DNA of 64,000 nt from Leidyana gryllorum EB-2025a (Eukaryota; Protista; Apicomplexa): NCBI GenBank assembly GCA_048772705.1, contig JBLWGC010000213.1, positions 401,952 to 465,951 on the forward strand, written 5' to 3'. The notes beneath the pieces are model-generated. The model saw only the letters and a program-made list of their open reading frames with translations, was not told the DNA's origin and made no database searches. This document shows positions 11,741 to 24,235 of this stretch, one piece after another (within the stretch, counting starts at the first letter, position 1; the number at the start of each line of letters is the position of its first letter). Made by a program: the position numbers and the translations under genes.

Positions 11741-13041
11741 ATGGCCCAGTCACCCAAAACCAATGAACTACATATAGAAGGCCTCAAACCTCGATTTGGT
11801 ACCGTCTGTGCCGCCCTGGAAGAGGAACTCAGGTCGTCAGTGGGGTCACCTCGCAGCTGCGTACACGGCTTGTCCCCCTTCAATGCTGCGTCGGATCAAG
11901 AGATTCTGCCCGATGACGAGGGAGGAGGAGGAGGAGGTGGTTCCCCCACCACCACAACCGTAGGAGCTTTCCATTGGTGGAGCGATCCTTTGCATCGCTT
12001 GTGCATCCCCACCCACAACAACGCTGATCCTTCCGCTGACCTAAACAGTCTGGCCGACGCCGTGGAGGAGATAGTCAGCCAGAATGTCACGGTCGATGCT
12101 GCCGCCGAGACGCCCACCCAACGCACGCGTCGTCCGGACATTGCGCTCAAAATCAATACGAAGGCCATACTCGGAGTCGTCACCGGAACCGAAACTCCCC
12201 GCAGCGGGAGAGATTCCAGGCGAAACATCGATAAAGTGCCGAGTAACCCGTCCGTACTCGACCGGATCTTAATGATTTTACATCGCAAGCCGATAATTGT
12301 GGTCCCAAGCGGACCGTCCAAAGACGCTTTTGGTGGTACTGACAAGAAGGTATGCTGCCGCTACACATGGCTGGCTGGGGAGTGGAGTCATTCATTCGCT
12401 TCACTACAGATGTACTCAGTGCTCCACGTTGACAATGCAGTGGAATTCCTCGACAAGGGAAGATTGAGCATGGAGCAACGAGGTCTGAAAGGTGAGTGTG
12501 CCATCACTGATGACGTCGGCTCACACTCGCATCGCGCTTTCAGAGGACTTCTCGTCAGCTCGTCGACAAATGATTTGTCGCAAAATTGGATACAAACACC
12601 ATACCGTCAAGTTCAGTGTCATTGATGCCTCAACAACTCATCGTTTCGAAGAAGCGGATTGGGAAAGCGTAGTCTGTGTATTCGCCAATGGCATGGACTG
12701 GCAATTTAAGTCCTGGCCGCTAAGAAGCTCAGAGGAGGTGTCTCAAAGAATGTGGTGAGTCGAAGCTGCTGATCTATCGCTCCACATAGACAGTGTGTCT
12801 CAGTACGTTCTATTGCGGGCTCAAAGATCGACCACTTCCGAGAATCACACAAACCGGGAACTGCCACCTGCTGCTGTTCCCTCAGATGCTCCGTCACACT
12901 GATGGCGAGCTCCAGGTAAAGACTAAATGTTTCAGAGTGGGCTCAATAGCTTCGTTGCCATCGCAGCGGCTCTTCTGGGATACTTTGACTGAACATTTAA
13001 TGCGGCCAGCTGCTGATCTCCCTGCTTTGACATTGGGGTAG
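11741..13041 (+). CDS. CDC73: Paf1 complex subunit CDC73/parafibromin (C-terminal domain, multi-exon)
   Basis: KPIIVVPS, NAVEFL and DWESVVCVFANGMDWQFKSWP are typical of CDC73_C. Confidence 0.85.
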
Positions 13042-13063
13042 TCGAAAATTTTTGGTCCCCCAA

Positions 13064-14070
13064 GATGTCAGGAGAGCAGCTTTTCGACACAGCTCACCCA
13101 CGGATTGTGGTAGACCCACTTGCCATAGCAACCATTATTGACACTGCGGCTCGTACGGGGGGCAAATTGAAGGTAACAATCCCAAATGTACTCCAATATA
13201 CGGTCTGATAGAACTGCCTTTGTACATTAGTGGGACAAGTGCTCGATGATGGTTCCGTTCACGTGGAAGATGCCTTTGCGAATCATGTGATCTTGTCCGA
13301 GACGACGGGGTCCGAGAGCTGCATACTGCCAGAGTTGACTCATCATGACTTGATGTGGCAAACCCGTCAGAAAGTCAACCCTCGCGAAGTCATTATAGGA
13401 TGGGGGACCACTGACATTGACTTCCAAGGACTGCAAGCTCTTGCAGAATGGGCACGCACTGATCGCAAGAATTCCCGGTTTGCGCCTCGTAAACGTATGC
13501 CCGGTCCCCTGATGGTGAAGATTGACTTGCCGACAGAGACTCAGGATCTCACGATACGTGTAAGCGCGATAGTCAGTGTGTGTGTGTCTCCATATCAACG
13601 TTACAGGGGTATATGAAAGGACCAATAATGGAGTGTCTGATGAAGCCTATGCGGCTGATTGTGGCGCAGACTACACCTGGGATGGATTTAGTGGCCCTGT
13701 CAGATCCTGAAACTGGCGTTTTGGAAACCGCCCGCCTGTTCTCGGTCCAAGGCGAGACCAATCAGTTGAACACCAATGGTTTGAAGAGACTGAAGACTCG
13801 CATTGACGAGGTTTCGCAGATTGTTCAGGATGTTCTGGTAAGGAGAGCGCTTTAAGAGTCCACTAAACTTTGTACTCTCAGGATGGGAAACGCCAGCCCG
13901 ACCCCGCCCTTGGGCGCCGTATATACCAGGCCGTGGCAGCTCCCATGAGCGTGACACTCGATACACTGACTAAGGTGGAAGCACAAGATAATATGTTGTC
14001 TGTCTACATGGCGAACCTTGCAAAACTGCAATTCGCCCTTGGTCAGAAACTGCATCTTCTCCTTGCGTGA
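13064..14070 (+). CDS. eIF3f: MPN-domain protein, most likely eIF3 subunit F (multi-exon)
   Basis: RIVVDPLAIATIIDT, NPREVIIGW, and the C-terminal LGRRI...QDNMLSVYMANLAKLQFAL helix typical of eIF3f/Rpn8-type subunits. Confidence 0.75.
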
Positions 14071-14083
14071 ATGTTTTTTTGGC

Positions 14084-15455
14084 ATGGCAACGCGCCGAGC
14101 GCGCCCAATGGCTCCGCGCTCGACTGCTCCCCCATCAGAAGAGACCACAGACTTACGTCCTTCCCAATCAGTCCCTTATCAACCACGTGCATTTCGCGAT
14201 TTTATCGCTTTGGTGGGGCGTCAGTTTTACGATGATGGATGTATTGTCCTATTGGATTTCCTGGCACGCGAACAGAAAGCATTCACAGATGCAGAGCTAC
14301 GAGAGCGCCTCCGGTGAGCATTCAGGTCTCAAGGCAGACAGACTACCCCCACAGGTGGCGAGAAACATTACTGCACCAGAAACTACACAACTTGGAAAAG
14401 CAGTTACTGGTGGAGAGAGTGACCGAAGTTGAAAAAGGCTCTAAGCCACTACAACTCTGGCGGCTCCAATGCCACGCTTTCGTTTCTGTAGAATGGCGTC
14501 TGAAAGCCATGGAGGAGCAAGTCCAAGCCGAGTTGCGGCGCGCTGCTCGGCATTCTGACTTTCAATGTTCAAACCCCGCCTGTGGGATACGAGTGTCACT
14601 CATGGATGCCGCTGTTGGTCCCACGGCACTCGACGATGATCATCCGCTCTGTCGAGACTGTAATAGTCCCCTCACCACGGCAGTAAGACGAGCTCCTCCC
14701 GAACTCCATCTTCTCTAATCCCGTAGGATTCGGAAGAAGCTCGGAATAAAGCGGAAGATAAATTACGTCGCTGCCGGGAACAAATGATCCGTCTCCGAGA
14801 AGCTCTGAATAGAGTTCGCGGCATGAAGATACCAGAATTCAAATCCACTCAAGTGGTACCCGAACCTGAAACCGCTGAGTTCTCAGCGGAAAGCAGCCCC
14901 CCACCTCCACCCAAAGCAGTAGTTACTGATCCTGGTGAGTTCTCCTGACAGTCACTGGGAAAGCTAATTAACACCGTCTCTTCAGTCGCTGCGCCCCAAG
15001 AGAATCTCGTCAACCGTAATATCCCGTGGTTCAATGGCGCACCGATGGCGGAAAAACAGCCCCATCCCCCCAGCCCGGCCCCTGGCGGAGGATCAGGAGC
15101 ACCATCGCCTCCTCAATTGGGAGGCAGCCGACCTCAAAGTGCGCCAGACCCCGGGACAGCGCCTTCTCGCCATACCTTTGGAACCAGTGCCCAAGGTGCC
15201 GCCAGCTTACCAATGGTTCGACCGTTGACCATAAAATCGCTCAATTTGGGAACAAATGGGGCGAATGCCAATCAAGAGGGCTCCCTCACGTCCCTGTCGC
15301 CTTCTGCCGGCAACACCGACGGCGGACAAGGTGGAGAGAAGAAGGATGCGGCGAGCAGTCGCAGCCCACTCAAGTTATCGTTCGGCAGCGGCTCGAGCGG
15401 AGTCGGCGGCAAACTCTTCTCAATGTCCCTGCGTGGAGGAAAGGGCTCAGAGTAA
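14084..15455 (+). CDS. GTF2E1: Transcription initiation factor TFIIE alpha subunit (multi-exon)
   Basis: Winged-helix N-terminus (FIALVGRQFY..IVLLDFL), zinc ribbon FQCSNPAC..LCRDCNSPL, and a downstream NIPWF motif. Confidence 0.8.
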
Positions 15456-15459
15456 GCAA

Positions 15460-18400
15460 TTATTACGTCGACATCGTAATCATGGAATCTTAGTGTTGGT
15501 TCATCAACCTCCGCAAACGAACGCACGTCGCTGTCAGATATTGGGGGTAAACGTAGGGCAGAAAGCGATCTTCAGGCCACCTTTGGCATCAAGAGACTGC
15601 GGTTCTGAGACTGATCCATCGCCATCGGTGTTGGATGAAATTGTGTCAATATCCAATCTCGAAGATTGCCGCGATCAGCTGGGGCTGGGCCACCCTAAGT
15701 GGGCTTGCACTGACTGACTAAGGACTGAACACACCGCGACCACGACGCCTCGGTGCTGAGAACCACCCCAGAAACCCCTGCTATCACTCGTCCACGAACT
15801 CCCCAGTGGTGCAAAGCTGATGTGAGAAGATCAAGGTATGGTGTGCACATTTCCTTCTTGTGTCTGGCGAGAAAGGCTATCGGGTTGGTATATTCGAATA
15901 TTCCTTCGAAAATTTGAGGATCTGTGGGTGCTGCTCGCAAAGATGCGATGGTATGCAGCACAGCTGCAGCCTCATCCTTGGCTCTGGAAATCAAATTGAC
16001 AAAATAGACACTCAAGGTCTTGGTATCCACAGATGACGTTGAGGATACGGGCTCTCGTGCGCTATACTTCACCCATTTGGATTTTTCGACGTCGGCCATG
16101 TATGTTAGGGGGATAGTTGGGTGACCGAGAGCAAATGATAGTGGACCCTCGTCAGCATGGCCTAAAAGTAAGATTGGCAGTGACAGCAGACGCGGATAAT
16201 CGGCCACAAATGCCTCGAGTGCATCTTCCTCCGACTCTCCTCCATCGTCTGCAACGCATCTCTCATAAAGTCCCAGTGTTGTAGCCGGGATCCGCAATTT
16301 GCTTCCGTCCAGAGTTGACGCTGTTTCACGATCAGCGTGATGACTCAACAGCCACCAGTTTAGTCGAATCTTCACAATCAGGCGGATAAAAGCTTCCAGT
16401 AACTGCTTTGGGCGCCGCATGTGGATCGAGAGGGAAGGTACCCGGGAAGTTGCATTCGGAGCCGTTTCCTTGGCCGTGATGCCCGTTTTCATCATGCAGG
16501 AAATGAATAACCGGGCAATCATAGCTTTAAGAAAGGCTGGATGGTGAGTAAGAGGAATGGATATGCATGTGTCGAGCCACTCCGCAGCCTCCTTGACATC
16601 CGCTGGTACCAATCGGCATGTAGCAAGAAGGTAGAAAATGTTGGGTAGAGTGGCTTGAGCGTCGTCTAATCCTGTGAGCAATAAGTTCAGATCCAGCAGC
16701 GAGCTCGGGGTCGCAATAGCTGTGAGATCCGGAGGAATGGAAGAAAGTGTCTCTTGCCATGGGAGCATCATGTCGGCATCGTTCAGGTGTCTCAGTAAAG
16801 TGAACGCGGGACTGTGCCGCTGACGCGATTCCCGTCTTTTCCGCAACCGACAAACGACTTCGAGTTCCTCGGCTAGATCAACAGTGAAGTCACTGGAGCG
16901 AGCCAAGTCGGTCCAGGCGTTGACAAAACCTCGAGACAACCTCGCCGCCCCCCGGAGAGCCGTTCTAGATTTGGCAGCAACAGTTGTGCTACCAGCTTTG
17001 CTGCCGTGCTCCGTCGACCCATCCGAGTACTCACTCTGACTAGGGGAGTCGTCAACGCCCGGTATTGGATCGTCATGCGCAGCTCTGAATGGCGAAGCAG
17101 AAGCCATTCGACGCCGGGACCACTGGCCGATGCGAGCTAGTTGGAGGCACCAAAGCTCCAGAGACATCTCAAACTGACCTCCAATCCAAAGATTCAATCC
17201 CAATGTCGCAATGCATTCTCCAAGTAGCGATGAAGATGGGGAACGCAGAGCCTCATCAGTTAAGCAAGTCTACAGAAAGCAGTCAAAATTTCAGATCACA
17301 CACTCACCAGAACCGCTACTGACGCCAAGTCTATAGATCTCTTGAGTGAACGGAATCTCAGATGGGTTGGAAGTGAATCCAGCCTGTCCCGATTGCCGAT
17401 CACGGCTAAAGCGCCCAGTACACCTGACTGCTCGCAGACATTTTGGATTGAGACGGTCGAAATCTGCACTCACCAGAGCTGTTGTAGTCCGTATGTACCG
17501 CTTCTTCAACCCCTGTGTGACACTGGATATCTGAATGCATATCGTCGTACTCACCTCCCCTCTGAAACCGACAGCGGCGAGCCACAAAGCCCGTGCGGCT
17601 AACTGTAGCTTAGAAGACACAGCTATGGGAGCCATTCTGGCTAGTTGCGCTTCTCGGGCCTTCTGGACGTCGGCTGCCAAGCCCGCAGACATCTGTACAC
17701 CCGTCACGCCGACTTCAGTTAGATATCTGCTCCTCAAGACAGCTTCTCCGCCTGCCAGTCGACTCGAGGCTCGGGCTCGCATCACATCTAGCAGGGGTGT
17801 CGGACTCGCAGGAGCTTTTCTCGCTTCGATCTCTTTGTGTACCGCTCCGATCAGTCTCGAGCCTGGGGCATCGTGCTGAGGGTCCTGGTTCTCTTTGCGT
17901 CCCTTATCCGTTGTGGGTACTGCTGGCAGATCGGAGATGTTGGATCGACCAGAATCCAGGTTGTCTTCATCACTGTCACTCCGATTTGTTCGATGCTCCT
18001 GATCAAATCCCAGCCCTGCCATTAGGGTAACACGGCGGGTGGGAACCTGTGCATTTGTCTGCCGACTCTCGGGTCCCCCTGGAGCCTGCCGAAGGATTGA
18101 TCGTTTTGGATTGCGGACAATATCTTCGGTCAAGGCTTTGTGTACCGCGGCAGTTGCGACTTTGCTATCCTCCTCCCGTTTGGCTTCAGTCGGTGTCCTG
18201 AGAAGGTCTTTAGGAGGCTCCAGTGGTGTGCTCTCCTGTGCCATCTGTGTTGCTCTCCCAGAAAAGTGACTCTTGCCCACTTTGATGTCTCGGTCCGGGA
18301 GATCGTCGACGCTGACAGCCGAAGACAAGTGGCGTGGTGATTTGTGCCGCGCGGGTTCAGGGAGCCTCATTGGCGCGGTCTTCGGAGCTGTTGCAGGGTG

Positions 18401-21400
18401 CTGAACAGTCTTGTGCGGTTCCTGTTTGAGTCTCGCAGGCTCCACCTTCGCTGCTCGACTGGAGATGGCCTCGTCGGTGGAGTGCTGGCTGCTGCTGGAA
18501 TCTGTGCGTTGAGGATTAGCCTTAGATCTCTCCCTGTTCTGCTCAATGGGCGCTTTCTTAGCAGGCGACTCCGGAATCGTGTTTTTGACAACTAGAGGTG
18601 GGGCGGAATTGCTCTCAAGGGTCCGACTCGACCCGCTTTTCTTCGGTGTCCCCATCATAGTGGGAGTCTTCGTGGCCTTCGGAGCTTTGGATTTTGACTT
18701 ATAGGATGGAGCTCGTTGAACAGCCTTGCCACCCGAGCGCTCATCCGCTGGAGCCTTCTTCGCGCTGGGTGTATCAATTTTCAAAGCATTAGGCGACTTG
18801 ACCTGACTCTTGGTATATTCGGCAGGTTTCGGGCTGGCGATTCGTGGCCTGGCAATGTCTTCCGCAATGTAACTCTTTCTGGGTCCTTTAAGATTCTGTC
18901 CCTTGCCTCTTAGACTTTTTGCCTGTGAGTCTGGAACTACGAGGTCTTCCAAGCTGGCTTCAAGGTCGCTCGACACTTGAGACAGAGGAGGAGGCTGTCG
19001 TTCTTGTGGCCCCGATTTTCCTCCCGCGGGCATCTTTCGAGGAGGACCGGCGATCTTAGCTTTTGTAGCCGAGGGGGATTTTGTCTTTGGCATACTCTCC
19101 TTCATAGGTGAGGGCGACTTGTTCGCGTCGCCAAACCTGGGAGGCAACCTCGGGATATCAGGAGGCGCGGCCCCGAATGTTTCATCGATAGAGAATTGAC
19201 GGGACTCAGGTTCGAACTCTTGCGATCTGTCGGCTCCAAAGGGCTGAACGCCCTGCCACAAACCCCCAACGACCGAACTGCCTGCGGAATAAGTCGTCGG
19301 CACATCAGCCTGTTGGAACTCCTTGCTGGAATGGCTAGTTTCCGTCCCTCGCCGGATCATTGAGGTAAATTCAGGCTGTCTCACACCAGTTCCTTCTTTT
19401 GCGTGCCCCGCTTCCACACGTCTAACCAGTATCCACGTTACTATCTCCTGTAGATAGGACTCTTGATGGAATGGTGATCTCTGCACGGCTAATTCTTCAC
19501 ACGAACAGCACTGCTGCACCAGTGTGACGCCAATGAGAAGCGCAACATCGACTAATCCAACCGGTAAATTTTCCATCATTTCGTACCGAATCCCAGTGAT
19601 CTGTTCGACTTCGTGTATCGTAGAACAGCTATTTAGCAACATTTCCTTGTCATCTGCCATGAAGATCCCGGCGACTGAAGTGGCAGACTCTATAGGGATA
19701 GGCAGCCACGGACTGTTCAATACAACGGGCAGGTCGACCGTTTGGACTAAATGCTCCTCAAATGCTCTGTAGGAGTCAGTATTGCGGTTCAATCCCACTC
19801 GTGCAGGACCGCTTGAAGTTGGCGTCCTCTTATAGGCATTCAAACCTGGAATGCGCCTTCCAACTTCAGCCAGGGATGACGCATAGGCGAGACTGAGTGA
19901 AACCAGGGCTGAACGGAAGTCACGGCAGGCCGCATGCCACCTATTGTACAGACACATGGATCTGCATGATACACTAGCGCTTACCAACTGATGGCAGTAT
20001 ACCAAAACCGAAGATGTGGAACTAAGCGCGTACCCCACTGCAGAATCAACGCTTCTATCGAATCTGACAGCAGCTGTGCTATGTTTGTGCTGATGGTCGT
20101 AGACTTGGGGTCAAACTCCCACACGGTAGCCAAGAACATGGCTTTCAATCTCACGAAACCCTCCACCTGAGTGAGAACAGACGAGCCCATCGCAACAGAC
20201 TCCTGATCAGTCGGGCCGGCTGACCAATCTGAGAAGCGTGCCTCAAGAAATTGGACCCAAAGAGCCTCAAGCCGAGTATAAGCTGACAGGAACAGAGCCT
20301 GCAAGCGTTCAAACATGTGACGAATCTGCGGAAAGTGAAGAGAGAAGAATTGAATATGAGTCGTACCACACTGACGTCTAGCCGCCCCAAATTGTCGATC
20401 AAGCTTTCGCTGAGAGCGGTTCCCAGATGGGCATCACTTTCCGAAATTGCCAAGCGCAAGGCTCGTGGCAAACAGCCGGTAAGCTCAACCCTTGAGTTTT
20501 GCATAGGTTGAATGATGTAGTCGGTGGTCACTGCGGAGGCATTTGAGCCTGTATGCAATAGCGAACGCCTGCTGGATTGCGGAAATCCGCGTTCTACTTC
20601 AGCATATCGTAAGCTCTGCTCGAGGTATCCGATAGTTAGGGCACGTAGTGCACTGCGTCGAAGGGCCAGTCCAGCTTGTCGTGATTCTGGAATGCTGGTA
20701 GCCTCGGCCAATGTGGCAGGGAGTGGTTGAGTGTCCGCTAAAAGTGCGTAGATGACATGATTGCTCATTATGCTGCGGTGGGTGTGAGTGACTCCGACGG
20801 ATCTGGCATCATCACCCACCTCTCCAAGGTACTATTCAAGTCCTCAGTTGCTGGCTTCAAAAGTTCAGGCTGAAACGGGAAGCCATGCACCGCGGGGTCT
20901 CTCAAGACATTTCCAAGTTCGTTCGGGCTAAGGTTGAGGGACCTTCTAAGATGGTACTGTAAGGCCGAGAACAGCGCCCCTTCATACAGATCTCGTCTGT
21001 CCAAGTCTAATGTGGCATTAGCTGCCGCGTTGACCATCGCAGGATGAGCACTGCTCCGAGTCGTTGTCTAAGAGATGGAGATGGTACAGGACTATGCCCT
21101 TACTCACTTTGTCAGATCCGTCTTCCACTATAACACCACGTCCAGTGGCCCACGGTAGAATAAAAGTTCTCCAAATACTGTCATTCGCTTTGGAACGCCC
21201 GAGGAAGAGATTCAAAATGTTGAGAACAGCGATATCGTCTCTGCGAGACACATATACTGCAATTTCAGAGTACTTACAAAGTCAATGTTTCCCGTTCCAG
21301 CTTGCGTTGCAGATAAACCTCCTTATGCAGAAGACGCTCTGGGATCAGCTTTCCCTTTCCTAGCGACACTGTACTCACCTGTGACATGGGGAGGGAAGGG

Positions 21401-24213
21401 TAGGCATGTGGCGAATTTGGGATCATCCCAGCCCTGTTTGCGGCACTCAAGAGCCGCCTCGCCAATGGACTGATGTATTCGACCAGCAACCCGGCCAAGC
21501 AGATCAGTGAAGAGCATTATGCGGTTTGTGGCAACGGAGGAGAGCTGTATGAGACGTTGCATCAGCTGTCGGGTCACGTCGAAACTGGTAGACAGGTTTG
21601 GCAGACATCGTCTTCTCAAGAATGTATCCAATTCTGCTGAAGTGAGCGGTCCATAAAGTGGGAGTGCGTCTAACTCCGCTGCCACTCTGCCTCGAAATGT
21701 TGGCGAAGAAGTGCGCAGTTGACTCACGATTGCAAGACCCGGTCAAGATACTCCCTGGTGATGTGACTGCCCACTGCAACAGGGTCATGTTGTATCTTCG
21801 GGGGCAGTGATTGTATGCTGAAGCCTTTGCGACTGATTGCTTGCTGATATGGCTCGGAGATATAGGCATCAGTCATTTCCAAAGGCACTCGCTCCTCGTC
21901 GGATACCGGCTCGATAGCCGTACAAGCATTCTTGAATACATACTTGGCCTTGCCAAGCAGGGTGGGCCCCGCCCTTTCGATGTTTTCAAGCGCCAAGGTA
22001 GGTGGACAGCAAGAGGTTAATCTAAGGGCATCTAGGAATACTCTCCGGATCGATCTCTGCAAGAGTAGCCCCGGGTTGTGCAAAGCCTTTCCTATTCTGT
22101 GATCCACAGAGTCTTTCACCTCCAATCGTGGCAAGATCGCTCTCATAGCATTCGGTCTGATCGAAAGGCACGATTCTCCAGTCTCGTCCTGCATGGGCCA
22201 TTGTGCCAACGAAAAAGTGACACCAGTCTCATCTGTCAAGAACAGTGGCGTGTGTACCTGTGTCTCTCTTACCCTCGCTGGGTTTGATCAACTTGGCTAG
22301 TATAGTCGTGAAGCCCATCTCGGATTGGAGACGTCGGATCTCGTTCTGCAGTCTGGCCAACCAACGTCCATCGCGGCCTGCTTCGAGGCGAACGGGCCAC
22401 TTAATCTCGCTCACGCCATCTTTCATTGGTTCACATACACAAGCTTGGCATCCTTGGTATATGAAATGTCCTGTGTAAACCAGTCCAGCCAGGGTGAGTT
22501 GATGACTGCTCCCTTGCAGAGGGGAGTTGTTCGCCAGAAACGACTCGGCCATAGTCATCTCTGTCGCCAGAATGGGAGAAGCTTCGGTGCCAGGAGCCAA
22601 CAATCCCCGGGCTCGTACACTACTCCTGAGCTGCTGAAGGGTCGCGGCATTTCTGTAAGGAGCCAAGGTCAGAGGCGCTGGAGCAGCAGACCGATATGAT
22701 TCCCAGTCTCTCATCGCCTGGTCTAATTTCAAACGCATCACCGCAGCATTCCACAATTTGAGCGCTTCGATTTCTTGTGAGAACACACTGATTGAATGTG
22801 TCTAGAAGCGTTTCTTCACTGCGAGCTCACCTGGAACTGTCCGACTGCGATAAGGCTCGGCTTCCATCTCCACCTGGCAAGATGACGAGCCATTCGAGCT
22901 GGTTCTTCCTGTCCTCGACCTTGTAGGTTTCGTCGTCCGCCAAGAAGGGAGTATTCTCATTAGCGCGGTGAAAAACCATATCTCCTGTCGTCCATTCGGA
23001 TAACCCTGCCAAGACCTTTGTAATGACAAACTTGCAGCTAGCGATTTGGCTCGTTCTGATGGTTCTCAGCATGTTGGTGAGCCGTGGCAGTAGATCAAGA
23101 GCTTTATACAGGAGAAAGTAATATAGTTGACAACCTTCCGAATAGAAGGTCCCTGCACTCATCCTTCCGTGACTGATACAAGCAGCCTCGAGGACTTGAG
23201 ACGTGTCTATAACACTCTTCTGCATGGAGTCGTAGGTAGCCAGTACAACAGAGCTCCGCACAGATGCATCCACTAGGAACTCCAATGTAGACAGGTAGTC
23301 AATGTTTTTGCCAGGTCGGGTTTGTGGCACAGCTTGAGCATCTCGGAACACAAACTTTGGGGGAGCGAAGACTCGAAGGATGTGACGCAACGTGCTCAAT
23401 TTGGCGAATTTCAGGAGCCTCAAATGTGACACCTGAGTGAGACGATATTTCGCAGATTGCTCCAAATCAAAGAACTTGGCTGTCAATCCGTCTATAGCGC
23501 TCTGAGGAGGTCGAAGATGGATCGCTCGCTCCGGCGGTAATGGACCCTGCAGAGCCGCTATTACGGCGTTCTCAGCTTCCTCTTCCTCCCTCCATGATTC
23601 ATGAATGTCAGAGTCACGGGCTACCCCTGCCTTCTTGCCAGCCAACAGCGTTTCACCAGCTTGGAATGCAATGGTCAGACGACATGAAAGGTCAACCTGT
23701 GGCTCCCTTTGCGTTCTGCAACGTGTAACGAAGGTGCATCGACGCCGACCAGTTTCTAGCACGGCATAGTTCTGTCCTAAGGGAATTGACACCCAAGCGA
23801 AAGGTCTTTTGTCCGCCAATGTCTGTAGAATAGATTTGTACTGGGTGCCGCCTGGATAGTCTCACCTGGTATAGATCTACTTCAACTACGGGCTCGCCCA
23901 GGAAAGGTGATACAACAGGTAGTACAATTTTCCCCTCAGTATTGCACAGCACCTAGCTCCAATGTTCTCTGCTTCACTTTGTCACCCTACCATATCGCGA
24001 ACTTTGCGCTGGAGCAGTCTTAAGGATGCACTACGACTGTCCTTCTGGGCTGCTGCCGTTCTTGCTTCTGTGGTGTAATGTCCAACTGCTGTGAGCGTCT
24101 AGAAGTATAGTTTTGAGGCTGAGAAGGAAGAGTGCACGCACCAGAGGACAGCTCCCGGCGGGTCTGACAGCCAGATGGGTAATCCGCAGCACCAGTTGAC
24201 CACCTGTCTCCAT
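15460..24213 (-). CDS. Very large multi-exon hypothetical protein: possible C2-like N-terminus, possible CLU-like central region, long low-complexity segment (3' end uncertain)
   Basis: Successive minus-strand ORFs join through GT-AG introns, including an in-frame junction near 17270-17308 linking the 17291 and 15695 ORFs. Domain calls rest on weak motif resemblance only. Confidence 0.5.
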
Positions 24214-24235
24214 GACGAACACCTTTATCGTGTGT

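Noticed and set aside
14071-14083. Spliced-leader trans-splicing as the explanation for pre-ATG pyrimidine tracts
   Set aside because: Several tracts (TFIIE, VPS52, ALG13) have no AG acceptor between tract and ATG, and some genes have A tracts instead.
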